In this document: positions 19,034-28,159 of the stretch, piece after piece
Position numbering within the stretch: position 1 is the stretch's first letter
Layout: every line of letters starts with the position of its first letter
Made by a program: the position numbers and the translations under genes
Notes under the pieces: model-generated
The model's input: the letters and a program-made list of their open reading frames with translations, nothing else
Database searches by the model: none
Told to the model about the DNA's origin: nothing
Assembly: GCA_963793265.1 (NCBI GenBank)
Contig: CAWBZI010000004.1
Coordinates: 672,001 to 736,000, forward strand
Source: an uncultured cyanobacterium
GTDB lineage: Bacteria > Cyanobacteriota > Cyanobacteriia > Phormidesmidales > Phormidesmidaceae
DNA length: 64,000 nt
Direction of reading: 5' to 3'

Positions 19034-19507
19034 ATGCATTACTATGCCGCGCCACAATGTCCTAGCCATTTGCTACCTTCTAAAGGTAGAGACGAAAGGC
19101 GTGCAAGATATAAAGCTGCTCAAGAGCTATCTATACTAGCCGCCAATGATCTCCTAAAAGTCAAGATGCCCAATGGCTTTAGTACTAGACAGTTCGTCAA
19201 AATTACAGAAGAAGATTTGATGTCCAAACAAGAAGAAGAAATCTCAGATGCCGTAAAGGTGATCAGTAAGCTTTCTAAAGCAAAAGAAAAAGCTCAGATG
19301 CTGCACGAGCAATCTCTACGAGCGTATAAAGATATAGATTGCTTATTCGAGGAAGCATTCATACCAGAAGAGAAATACAAAGAGATAGAAATTAGTCTAA
19401 AAACTATTCATGATTATGCAAGGGCCGCCTTCGCATACAAAGAAGCTTTACCGGAATCTAAACGTGCCAAAGATTTCCTTGCAGAAGCTCTAAAACTTCC
19501 TAAGTAA
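19034..19507 (+). CDS. Hypothetical helical protein, first gene of an AT-rich cassette
   Basis: 157-aa ORF preceded by TACAAT (18993-18998) and a purine-rich stretch; ends 15 bp before the next gene. Confidence 0.7.
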   Translation: MHYYAAPQCPSHLLPSKGRDERRARYKAAQELSILAANDLLKVKMPNGFSTRQFVKITEEDLMSKQEEEISDAVKVISKLSKAKEKAQMLHEQSLRAYKDIDCLFEEAFIPEEKYKEIEISLKTIHDYARAAFAYKEALPESKRAKDFLAEALKLPK

Positions 19508-19522
19508 ACTACAACCAAGAAG

Positions 19523-21652
19523 ATGACAGACAAAATTACTTTCTCTGAGCTATATAAGATTCCAGCTTCTGATAATCATGATTGGTTTGATCCGCGATTG
19601 GATAGAGACACTCATCTGTGCATGGATCCTTTCTTAGTATTTAAGTCTAAGGATCCGCTCTTTGGTGGTTGTCGAGACAAGTTTATGAAGTTTTTTGAAT
19701 CTGCTTTTGAAATTGCTTCCAAAGTAGACAAGATTCCCACGCACGAAGAAAGAAAGAGAAGAAACATTTCTCCGACATATGATCATCTAATACGAAACGT
19801 CCTTTATTTCCCAGAAGTAGAAGAAATATGCTTGGGTTTTTCTGAAAGAAGCACTGGCGGATCAGGCGCAGGAAGAGGTTTTTCAGCTAAGGTGACAGAC
19901 GCGCTAATTGAGATGTCAAAGCAGGGGACTTCTCCTCCCAAACATTTTGAATCCATAGCGATATTTACGCCAGGTATAGGAGTAGATGGAATTAGCGATG
20001 CAACTGCAAATATCATAAAGAAAGAGCTTGTTGAATATACTATGGAGGTATGTAAAAAGTATGGTCTACAGACAAGGTGGCTTCCGATAAAGAATTTTGA
20101 GTTCGACTTTGATAATAGAAGGTGGGATGATCAATGCTTTGAGCTACCTTTTAACCCGTTTAATAACAAGCCTATAATATTAGTGCCAAAAAGGTTTCTT
20201 CGCCAAATTCCTTCGATCAGTCCTCAAGAGTTTTATGAGTACATCGAGAGCAAATCCAACGAAGCTATTAGAGCCAATTTAAACTTTGATATTCAAGCTA
20301 ATCTCGAAAACAATGACTCGGTAGCTAGAATTCAAGAGGAGAGGGAAAAGAGTACCTACAAGAAGCGTGAAATCATAGAGTATGCTAATAGCCATCCAGA
20401 TGTTCTCAACGAGTTCATAGAACATGTTGATGACAATGAAGAACTGTACAGCGCATACAACTTCAAAAAGGACGAACAGAACCTATGCGACCTGCCAAGA
20501 GAGGTATCGAGATTTGTATACAGAAATGCACTTGAGAACTTCTTGCTTAAGAACGAAAGCGATCTTTTTGATTTTATAGACAAGCTAATTCTTCAAGTGA
20601 AGGTGTTTGTAGAAGGCAACGGTGGATACAAGTTTCTCTGGGAAAAGAGAGAGTCGGCTGATTCAACTGATCAGAGATTTCAATTTAAAAAAGAAAAGGA
20701 TGCTCAGGAACTTTTTAGGTCAGTCATTGGAGACTACTGCTTTGCAGGAGAAATAAGTTTAAAAAAGGAGAGTAGCTTAGGCATAAATCCTGTGAAATTT
20801 ACATCTAAGGCAAAGTCTTATAATGAAAATGTGTTACTTATATCTAGGCTGTTTAGAAATGTAAAGCTAGATGAAGAGAGCCTGAAGGAGCTACGTTCTA
20901 CACTAAGACAAAAAAGGATAAAATACTGTCATTACACGATCTTTGTGCACAAAGAGGAAGATTTTGAGCGCATAGAAGAAATTATCGAGGAAGTTGAAAG
21001 TTTTGATTTTGGCGACAGCACTATATTTAAGATATCTATAGTTAACGTGATGCTTGATAGAGACATCCCCCTTCCTATATATAGTTCACAGGTTAAGGAG
21101 AAAGAGGTTTGTGTTAGCTACGCTCGTAGTGAAATTAGCATCCAAGTGGCCGACAAGATTTGCATGATACTCAAGGCTCAGGGAATTAGAGCTATCCGTG
21201 ACTCAGATGAACTAAGGTATAAAGATTCTCTCTCAAAATTTATGAAGAGAATTGGCGAAGGGAAATGTGTCATAACACTGATAAGCGATAAATATTTGAA
21301 GTCTCAATACTGTATGGCTGAATTAGTCGACCTCGTAAATACAGGAGACATGAAGGACAGGATTGTTCCAGTTGTTTTGGACGATGCAGCTATATATGAA
21401 GCTACCAATATCATTAAATACATAAAATACTGGGAGGAGAAATCTAGGGAGTTAAAGGAAGATCTTAAGACTATTGATTTCAGCAGCTCAAGAGGAATAA
21501 GGGAGGATGCTGACTTGTATGCAGATCTCGCGAGAAACATAGGCCAGCATATAAATGTTTTGAGAGACTTCTTCGTAAGATCGTTGCCCGTGCAAATTGA
21601 TTCTAATTTTGAGGATGTGGTGAATGAGGTTAATAGAGTATTTTCTAAATGA
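19523..21652 (+). CDS. TIR-domain protein with a large uncharacterised N-terminal region (putative defence protein)
   Basis: C-terminal TIR_2 motifs VCVSYA, IRDSDELRYKDSLSKFM, ISDKYLKSQYCMAEL, IVPVVL. Confidence 0.85.
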   Translation: MTDKITFSELYKIPASDNHDWFDPRLDRDTHLCMDPFLVFKSKDPLFGGCRDKFMKFFESAFEIASKVDKIPTHEERKRRNISPTYDHLIRNVLYFPEVEEICLGFSERSTGGSGAGRGFSAKVTDALIEMSKQGTSPPKHFESIAIFTPGIGVDGISDATANIIKKELVEYTMEVCKKYGLQTRWLPIKNFEFDFDNRRWDDQCFELPFNPFNNKPIILVPKRFLRQIPSISPQEFYEYIESKSNEAIRANLNFDIQANLENNDSVARIQEEREKSTYKKREIIEYANSHPDVLNEFIEHVDDNEELYSAYNFKKDEQNLCDLPREVSRFVYRNALENFLLKNESDLFDFIDKLILQVKVFVEGNGGYKFLWEKRESADSTDQRFQFKKEKDAQELFRSVIGDYCFAGEISLKKESSLGINPVKFTSKAKSYNENVLLISRLFRNVKLDEESLKELRSTLRQKRIKYCHYTIFVHKEEDFERIEEIIEEVESFDFGDSTIFKISIVNVMLDRDIPLPIYSSQVKEKEVCVSYARSEISIQVADKICMILKAQGIRAIRDSDELRYKDSLSKFMKRIGEGKCVITLISDKYLKSQYCMAELVDLVNTGDMKDRIVPVVLDDAAIYEATNIIKYIKYWEEKSRELKEDLKTIDFSSSRGIREDADLYADLARNIGQHINVLRDFFVRSLPVQIDSNFEDVVNEVNRVFSK

Positions 21653-21842
21653 GGATGTCTTGATGTTAGCTTCCTTCACGGTATGCATCGGCACAAACGT
21701 AGAGAAGCGAGGATTAGCATATGTACTATTACTCACGCTATCTATATCTGTGTTACCTGTCGGAAGATAGTTCCGTAGGAATATTATATTGCTGTAAATT
21801 GGCTATCTGACAGTAGCTGTTTAAAGATTTAGGTTGATAGAT

Positions 21843-22208
21843 ATGGCTGAGACTAAAAATGTGCTTGGAACAGATTTACAGACCTGTTGCACTTCGCCAA
21901 TGACCGGATTCTATCGAGACGGCACGTGCCAAACGGGGCCACAGGATCAGGGTGTTCATGTGGTGTGTGCAGAGCTAACAGAGGCTTTTTTGAGCTATAC
22001 GAAGGCGCAGGGCAATGATTTGAGTACGCCTCGGCCTGAGTACAATTTTCCAGGGCTGAAGCCGGGCGATAAGTGGTGCCTGTGCGCGACTCGGTGGAAA
22101 GAGGCGATGGATGATGGGGTTGCGCCTGCTGTGGTTTTGGAATCGACGCATGAGGCGGCGCTGAAGCATGTGAGTTTGGATGATTTAAAGCAGCATTCGG
22201 TTGAGTGA
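21843..22208 (+). CDS. DUF2237 family protein
   Basis: KNVLG, PMTGFYRDGTC, GNDLSTP, GLKPGDKWCLCA. Confidence 0.9.
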   Translation: MAETKNVLGTDLQTCCTSPMTGFYRDGTCQTGPQDQGVHVVCAELTEAFLSYTKAQGNDLSTPRPEYNFPGLKPGDKWCLCATRWKEAMDDGVAPAVVLESTHEAALKHVSLDDLKQHSVE

Positions 22209-22244
22209 TAGGTAGGGAGCTATCTTTTGCTACTCGTAATATGA

Positions 22245-22697
22245 TTATGCTGACAAGACAATTTCCTTCGGCTGCACTGTTGTAATGCTAGAAAAACTTG
22301 TGAAGTCTCTAGGATTCAAAGTCAGAATGTGACTGATCCCAGTAGCCTGCATAAGTGCGATGAGACGCGCATCGTGAGTGTGCTTACCTAGCACCTTATT
22401 CTCAGTCACGAGTGCTAACCAAGTAGATAGAATCTGTGGTGGCTCCTCTAGAACTGGAGAGCGATTGAGAAGCTGGTCGATCTCGCTGCACGTTCTACCT
22501 GCTGACCAAGCCATACCGTTAACATCAGCCGGACGAGTAGCGACTGCCCACATTTCAATAAGAACCTGAGCTGCTAAATAGCACTCATCCGACTGCTTTA
22601 GAAGCGTAGTGATCGCGCCAACAACTAGCTCATGCTGAGCGTCGGATGGATTGCTCAAGCGAAGAATAATATTAGTATCTAGTAAATATTTTGGCAT
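22245..22697 (-). CDS. vapC: VapC-type PIN toxin
   Basis: YLLDTNIILR, QVLIEMWAVATRP, HDARLIA, LTLNPRDF. Confidence 0.85.
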   Translation of the reverse strand: MPKYLLDTNIILRLSNPSDAQHELVVGAITTLLKQSDECYLAAQVLIEMWAVATRPADVNGMAWSAGRTCSEIDQLLNRSPVLEEPPQILSTWLALVTENKVLGKHTHDARLIALMQATGISHILTLNPRDFTSFSSITTVQPKEIVLSA

Positions 22698-22948
22698 CAG
22701 TCGTAGATAGTGCCTCGATCGAAAGCTTCATCGGGAAGGCTTATTCCTATTCTCGACTGTTGAGCAGACCACTTTAAGATTTCTTCAGCACGTTCCTGTG
22801 GCGTCGCTTTTTGCCAAAAAGGTTTATCTTCGCCATTGAGTTTGGTCTGTTGAGACGGTGCTTTCATCTGTGCAATTAGCGCCGCGAGCCTCTCTAATTG
22901 AGGTTCACTCAAATGCTCAATTTCTGATTTAAGCGTTTCTCTCAGCAT
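22697..22948 (-). CDS. Putative antitoxin
   Basis: 83-aa ORF overlapping the PIN start by 1 nt; C-terminal LPDEAFDRGTIYD. Confidence 0.75.
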   Translation of the reverse strand: MLRETLKSEIEHLSEPQLERLAALIAQMKAPSQQTKLNGEDKPFWQKATPQERAEEILKWSAQQSRIGISLPDEAFDRGTIYD

Positions 22949-23083
22949 TATTAATTACGTCTCATCCGCTGCTGTCACTATTGTAAGCGTAGGGACGATG
23001 TTGCAACCGGCCCTGTAGATAATGGGCGGTGAGATTTTGAACCGTGGTGGCTGAAAGCCGTTTGTGGGTGGGCGATCGCGCCA

Positions 23084-23099
23084 AGTGATACCGATCACA
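23084..23099. promoter_or_regulatory. Candidate CRP-family binding site
   Basis: AGTGA-taccga-TCACA, 9/10 match to TGTGA-N6-TCACA, in the divergent intergenic region. Confidence 0.4.
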
Positions 23100-23252
23100 T
23101 CAAAGCCATGTAAATTGATTTTTGTTGGCCAGATAAGGGAACCGACTCCTGAAATTAGCGGCGAATGGCAGCAGTGGGATATTCTGCTACCAACTTCACC
23201 AAGTTCTTACACAAGTTCTTGAGTTCGCCCTCCAAAACATCAGGATTTCGTT

Positions 23253-25097
23253 ATGTTCGGCCAAAATCAGTACGTTAATACCGCGATTGCCCTATCGAGC
23301 ACTTTGACGATTACGATGGCGGCGTTTGCGCCTCCTGTGTTTGCTCAAGAGACGCGCTTCAATGACGTAGACAGCAGCTATTGGGCGAATCCATACGTTC
23401 AATCACTCACGCAAAAGAACGTGATTAGCGGTTTTCCTGACGGTACGTTTCGGCCTAACGATCAGATGACGCGGGCGCAGTTTGCCTCTGTTTTGGCGGG
23501 CGCTTTTTTACGCAACGACGTGCGCGATCCGATTACGTTTAGCGATGTGCCTGCCGATCACTGGGCAGCAGAGGTGATTTCGCAGGCTTATTCAAAGGGA
23601 TGGCTGTCGGGCTATCCTGACGGTACGTTTGGTTTGAATCAGCCGATTACTCGTCTAGAAGTGCTGGTGTCTTTGACGAATGGGCTAGGGCTGGCGACCG
23701 ATGGCGAGACGGCGGCGCTGCTGGCAGCTTTTGAAGATAGTGGGGAGATTCCCGACTGGGCACAAAGGGCGATCGCGATCGCCACAGACCAACAGCTCAC
23801 CGTAAACTACCCCAACGTCCAACAGCTCAATCCCCTTCAGAATGCATCTCGCGCGGAGATTGCCGCTATTACTCATCAGGCTCTAGTCAGCGCTGGTCAG
23901 GCAACTGCTATCAGCTCTCCCTATATTCCTACCGTAGCGGGTCAACCGACGGTCGAAACACCCGTTGTAGAAACCCCTACGACTGAAACGCCCGTTACGA
24001 CTACACCAACAGATGAATTCTCTGAACTTGTTGCTTCTTTGAGCAGCGACGATACCAGCACCAGAAAGGCCGCAGCAGACACATTAGCCGCAAATGGTGC
24101 AGCCGCCGTACCCGACCTCACCTCTGCTTTGGAATCTGATAGCGCTCAAACGCGGGCGGCAGCGGCTTATGCATTAAATGAGATTGGCGCAGATGCGGCA
24201 CCGGCTACGCCGACTTTGTTAGAGCTGTTGAAAGACGATGATGAAATCGTTCGAGCGCTGGCAACCAGTACGCTAGCGCAAGTTGGGCTCGATCAGAACG
24301 TATTGATCAACGTGTTGGTTTCAGCAGTGCAGAATGAGTCTGGACTGGTCAAAGATATCGCCGCAGATGCGCTGGTAAATATTGGTGGCGACGCGGTGCC
24401 TGCCCTGGGTAATTTGCTGAGGAATGATGCCGTTGACAGCCTTGCCAAAAAGACGGCGGCAACGCTAATTGGTGATATTAATCAGGCAGATGAGCTGGGT
24501 AATGAGGCGATACAGTCGGTGATTCCGATTTTGGCGGATACTTTGAGCAACGGTGATAGTGACGTCCGGCGGGCGGCGGCTAAGTCTTTGGGTGACTTTG
24601 GGCCTTTGGCAGACGTAGCAATTCCGGCGCTGTCGCAGGCGTTATTAGGTGAGGATTCTGGGGTCAATCAGACGATTGCAGGAAGCCTGACGAAAATTGG
24701 GCAGCAGTCTGTGCCAGGGCTGGCGAGCGCGCTGAATAGCGATGACCCGCTGACCCGACTGTATGCAGCGGATGCGATTTGGGTGCTGACTCAGGACAGT
24801 AGCCTGATTTTGCCAACTCTGGTTTCGTCGTTGAGCGATGGTGATGTAGAAACGCGTGAGCTAGCGGCTTTGGGGCTGACTTATTTAGGACGACAGGCTT
24901 TACCGGCGGTGCCTGCGGTACGAAATCTGTTGAATGGTGATAATGACCGGGTGCTGACGATGGCACGGCTGGCGCTGTTGATTTTGAATAATCGAAATGA
25001 TCCGGCAGCGACGTTGGGACTGTTGGAGCCCCCAGAGCCTAGAGAGGTGAATTCGGTGCCAGTGCTGGTTGAGGTGGTAAGCCAGCTATGGCAATAG
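23253..25097 (+). CDS. S-layer homology (SLH) domain plus HEAT-repeat protein
   Basis: Signal peptide; SLH motifs GFPDGTFRPNDQMTRAQFA and GYPDGTFG; P/T-rich linker; repeats such as VRRAAAKSLG and AVPALGNLL. Confidence 0.85.
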   Translation: MFGQNQYVNTAIALSSTLTITMAAFAPPVFAQETRFNDVDSSYWANPYVQSLTQKNVISGFPDGTFRPNDQMTRAQFASVLAGAFLRNDVRDPITFSDVPADHWAAEVISQAYSKGWLSGYPDGTFGLNQPITRLEVLVSLTNGLGLATDGETAALLAAFEDSGEIPDWAQRAIAIATDQQLTVNYPNVQQLNPLQNASRAEIAAITHQALVSAGQATAISSPYIPTVAGQPTVETPVVETPTTETPVTTTPTDEFSELVASLSSDDTSTRKAAADTLAANGAAAVPDLTSALESDSAQTRAAAAYALNEIGADAAPATPTLLELLKDDDEIVRALATSTLAQVGLDQNVLINVLVSAVQNESGLVKDIAADALVNIGGDAVPALGNLLRNDAVDSLAKKTAATLIGDINQADELGNEAIQSVIPILADTLSNGDSDVRRAAAKSLGDFGPLADVAIPALSQALLGEDSGVNQTIAGSLTKIGQQSVPGLASALNSDDPLTRLYAADAIWVLTQDSSLILPTLVSSLSDGDVETRELAALGLTYLGRQALPAVPAVRNLLNGDNDRVLTMARLALLILNNRNDPAATLGLLEPPEPREVNSVPVLVEVVSQLWQ

Positions 25098-25177
25098 GGT
25101 GACAGTAGGGTGGTTGAGAGGGGCAGTTTGCTTTAGTATCTCTGTAGCTTTGCTGTGTTCTCTCTATACCTTTTCTT

Positions 25178-26101
25178 ATGTCAACTGGATCTTCTAAGAC
25201 TTCTATCTATGCAGCGATGGCGGCTAACATCGCAATTGGTGTGGCTAAGTTTGTGGGAGCCTCTATCAGCGGTAGCTCTGCCATGCTTTCTGAGGGGATT
25301 CATTCGGTGGTGGATTCGGTGAATGAGGTGCTGCTGCTGTATGGGCTAAAGCAGAGTGAGAAGCAGCCGGATGAGCAGTTTCCGCTGGGGCGAAGTCAGG
25401 AGCTATATTTTTGGTCGCTGATGGTGGCGGTGCTGATTTTTTCGCTCGGTGGCGGCATCTCGGTGCTACAAGGCATTAGTAGCCTAAAAGCTGAGTCAGT
25501 TTCGAGCGATCCCATCGTGAGCTATTGCGTGTTAGTGGCTGCAGCGGTGTTTGAAGGGGCCGCGCTGTTTGTCTCAATCCGCGAGTTTAAGAAGAATCAG
25601 GATGATCCAGAGCTAGGGCTTTGGAAGTCGATTGGGCGGAGTAAAGATCCGGGGGCTTTCATTGTGATTGTGGAGGACTCGGCAGCGCTGATCGGGCTGG
25701 CTTTTGCTTTTGTAGGTGTGTGGCTGAGTGAAACCACAGGCAATCCGGTTTATGACGGGGTGGCCTCTATTTGTATTGGGGTGCTGCTGACGGTGACGGC
25801 GACGGCTTTGGTGGCCAAGACAAAGGGGCTGCTGATAGGAGAGAGCGCATCGCCAGAGACGCGAACCAGTATTAAAGATATTGTGCGGGCGGACGATGCG
25901 GTTTCAAAGTTTGAGGCTCCGATTACGTTGCACTTAGGGCCGAGAGATGTACTGGTAGCGCTGAATATTGAGTTTAAAGACGGTTTGTCTTCGGATGAGA
26001 TTGAAGCGGCGGTGCGGCGAATTGAGAAGGATATTCGTAAGGCTCACGATGAGGTGAAGCGAATATTTATTGAGGCGGCTTCAGTGAGTCGGGCGGGATA
26101 A
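25178..26101 (+). CDS. Cation diffusion facilitator family transporter
   Basis: SSAMLSEGIHSVVD, EDSAAL, about 6 TM helices, cytoplasmic C-terminal domain. Confidence 0.9.
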   Translation: MSTGSSKTSIYAAMAANIAIGVAKFVGASISGSSAMLSEGIHSVVDSVNEVLLLYGLKQSEKQPDEQFPLGRSQELYFWSLMVAVLIFSLGGGISVLQGISSLKAESVSSDPIVSYCVLVAAAVFEGAALFVSIREFKKNQDDPELGLWKSIGRSKDPGAFIVIVEDSAALIGLAFAFVGVWLSETTGNPVYDGVASICIGVLLTVTATALVAKTKGLLIGESASPETRTSIKDIVRADDAVSKFEAPITLHLGPRDVLVALNIEFKDGLSSDEIEAAVRRIEKDIRKAHDEVKRIFIEAASVSRAG

Positions 26102-26510
26102 GATACCAAATTTGTTCTGTTTGCGGCTCGGCGGATGTGTTTTCTAAGTCATTAGTGCCTAGATAAACCTCGAAGGGGCTCTCTTGGCGGATTGTTTGCT
26201 CAGGGTTTGAAAGGATGGCCTCGAAGGTACCGTTTACTTTGTAGAGGCTGTTCGGATAGCCTCTTTGTTGAACGGCGGGCACGGAGATCTTTTGCCGACT
26301 TTTGACGTTGATCTGATTGATTTTGAAGTTTGGCTTTGTTGCGGTTTCGGGCGGAATGCCTAAGCCTTGAGCGATCGCCTGCTGAACGTTGGTTTGCTGC
26401 TGGGCGATCGCTAACTCAATCGCCCGATTTGGCGGCGTTTGGTTAAGCACGCCACAGCCAGCGAGGAGCAAAAACAATAGAGCTATACACGCTAGCTGAA
26501 GCCTTTTCAT
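26067..26510 (-). CDS. Hypothetical lipoprotein
   Basis: MKR + hydrophobic stretch + LAGC lipobox. Confidence 0.7.
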   Translation of the reverse strand: MKRLQLACIALLFLLLAGCGVLNQTPPNRAIELAIAQQQTNVQQAIAQGLGIPPETATKPNFKINQINVKSRQKISVPAVQQRGYPNSLYKVNGTFEAILSNPEQTIRQESPFEVYLGTNDLENTSAEPQTEQIWYLIPPDSLKPPQ

Positions 26511-26543
26511 GGTGCTTTTGATGGGGTAAGTCGCTACTCTATC

Positions 26544-26748
26544 CTATGCGCCTTCTACGCGCCGGGTCAAAATAGCCATCACTTCACCGGGCCGACCGCT
26601 GCTGATAGGCCGACTCCAATCGGTAGGTTCGGCGTAGCCTAGCTGGTGTAGGCGTAATATGGTGGCTCGCACAATGGGCGGGGTGCCGAAGATCATATGG
26701 CTGACCTGTGGGCGATCGCGTCCACCCCCACCGCAGCTCGGGTCATTC
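26544..26748 (-). pseudogene. 3' remnant of a small cyanobacterial hypothetical gene
   Basis: Frame absent from the ORF track reads HMIFGTPPIVRATILRLHQLGYAEPTDWSRPISSGRPGEVMAILTRRV*, a motif I recognise from small Leptolyngbya-type proteins. Confidence 0.55.
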
Positions 26749-26902
26749 GGTAGACCAGGCCGCTTTTAGTCTCGTAGTAAGTGAAAATAGAGAAAGTGAG
26801 ATATGAATAATGCTGAAGATAGCTGTCTATCTTACTAACAACGTTTTCTTCCCCTCTGAGGAAACAAGAAAGCATATTGGTATCGAGCAGTGCCTGTTTC
26901 AT
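26693..26902 (-). pseudogene. Truncated VapC/PIN toxin
   Basis: ALLDTNMLS...TYYETKSGL is a PIN N-terminus; unrelated sequence follows and the ORF stops at 69 aa. Confidence 0.75.
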
Positions 26903-27132
26903 ACGTCTCGACTTCGCTGTAAGTCCATCTGGCGGTTTAGTTCGGCATCTTCAATAATTCCATCTGATAGATTAGGAGAGTCAGCTAGCATTCCGGCAAA
27001 CGCCATCACGCCTGTATGAGACTGTTTGACCAACCGCTGAGCCTTGAGAAAACGCAGATAGTTTAGAACGTCGGGGATAAGAGACGTTGGTGTATCGTTA
27101 ATCTCTTGCAAAAGTTGCTGTTTTGGTGTCAT
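26899..27132 (-). CDS. DUF2281-like antitoxin
   Basis: KQQLLQEINDTP...VLNYLRFLK; ATGA overlap with the PIN fragment. Confidence 0.7.
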   Translation of the reverse strand: MTPKQQLLQEINDTPTSLIPDVLNYLRFLKAQRLVKQSHTGVMAFAGMLADSPNLSDGIIEDAELNRQMDLQRSRDV

Positions 27133-27349
27133 AAATTACCTTATCTTCCTCTGTTCGTCTTAACTATTTTACTCTGCTCTAGCCAATCAATTACTAATAG
27201 CTCAACTACTGAAGTCGATCCGTCAAATGCCAGTAGCGATTTAAACGAGTTGCATTTGTCAACCCTTAATTTAATAGAAGCGATCGCCTCTAAAATAAAG
27301 CTGTAGACAAAATGACTAGCTCTCGCTAATTTGGCGGCTCCCTGTTTTT

Positions 27350-28138
27350 ATGTACTGGCAAGAAGTTTCGGGCAATTGGTTTTTGGTTCCAGAGCGGCCG
27401 CGCGGCATTATTCACTTTTTAGGCGGTGCCTTTGTCGCCGCCGCGCCGCACCTGACCTACCGCTGGCTGCTAGAGGCGCTGTATAACGAAGGCTATGCGG
27501 TAATTGCCACGCCGTTTGTCAATACGTTTGATCATAGTGCGATCGCACAAGAAACCCTAATCACCTTCGAGCAGGGCCTTACCTTCCTGGGCAAACAGCG
27601 CCCCGAGCTAAAAGATCTGCCCATTTATGGACTTGGGCACAGCATGGGCTGCAAAGTGCATTTACTCATTGGCAGTATGCATCGGCCTAACCGCGTCGGT
27701 AATATATTTGTCTCTTTTAATAACTACCCGGCTCGTAAGTCAATTCCGCTGCTAGAGCAAGCGATCGCTCAGGCCACTCAGTTCGCCCCCGACCTTAAGC
27801 TCGATACCCGCATGGAGTTTACGCCCAGCCCATCGCAGACCCTAGCGATGATCGAACAGAAGTACGAAACGCCTTATAACCTGCTTGTAAAATTCCGCAG
27901 CGACACCATCGACCAAACTCGCCCGCTCAGCGATGTGTTGATTAAGCGCTTTCCTAACACCACCACGATTAGAATCATCAAAGGCTCACACACGACTCCT
28001 ATTGCTCAAGACGTGCAGTGGGAAGCCAGCAGCTCTTTTAGCCCTTTTGATGCTGTTGGACAGTTCTTTAAGCAAGAGTTCTATCGAGACATCAAGGTGC
28101 TCAAATCAGAAATACTTTACTGGTTGGCAGGTGATTAA
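27350..28138 (+). CDS. DUF1350 family alpha/beta hydrolase
   Basis: IIHFLGGAFVAAAPHLTY, GHSMG nucleophile elbow, GSHTTP. Confidence 0.88.
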   Translation: MYWQEVSGNWFLVPERPRGIIHFLGGAFVAAAPHLTYRWLLEALYNEGYAVIATPFVNTFDHSAIAQETLITFEQGLTFLGKQRPELKDLPIYGLGHSMGCKVHLLIGSMHRPNRVGNIFVSFNNYPARKSIPLLEQAIAQATQFAPDLKLDTRMEFTPSPSQTLAMIEQKYETPYNLLVKFRSDTIDQTRPLSDVLIKRFPNTTTIRIIKGSHTTPIAQDVQWEASSSFSPFDAVGQFFKQEFYRDIKVLKSEILYWLAGD

Positions 28139-28159
28139 AAAACGGGCTTAAGCCAGCTA

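Noticed and set aside
21745..21756. Possible IS66 right end (..GTTAC) that would make the TIR cassette IS cargo
   Set aside because: Only GTTAC matches CTGAGTAGTTAC, no CTTTTCGA follows, and the target repeat is already at 18985
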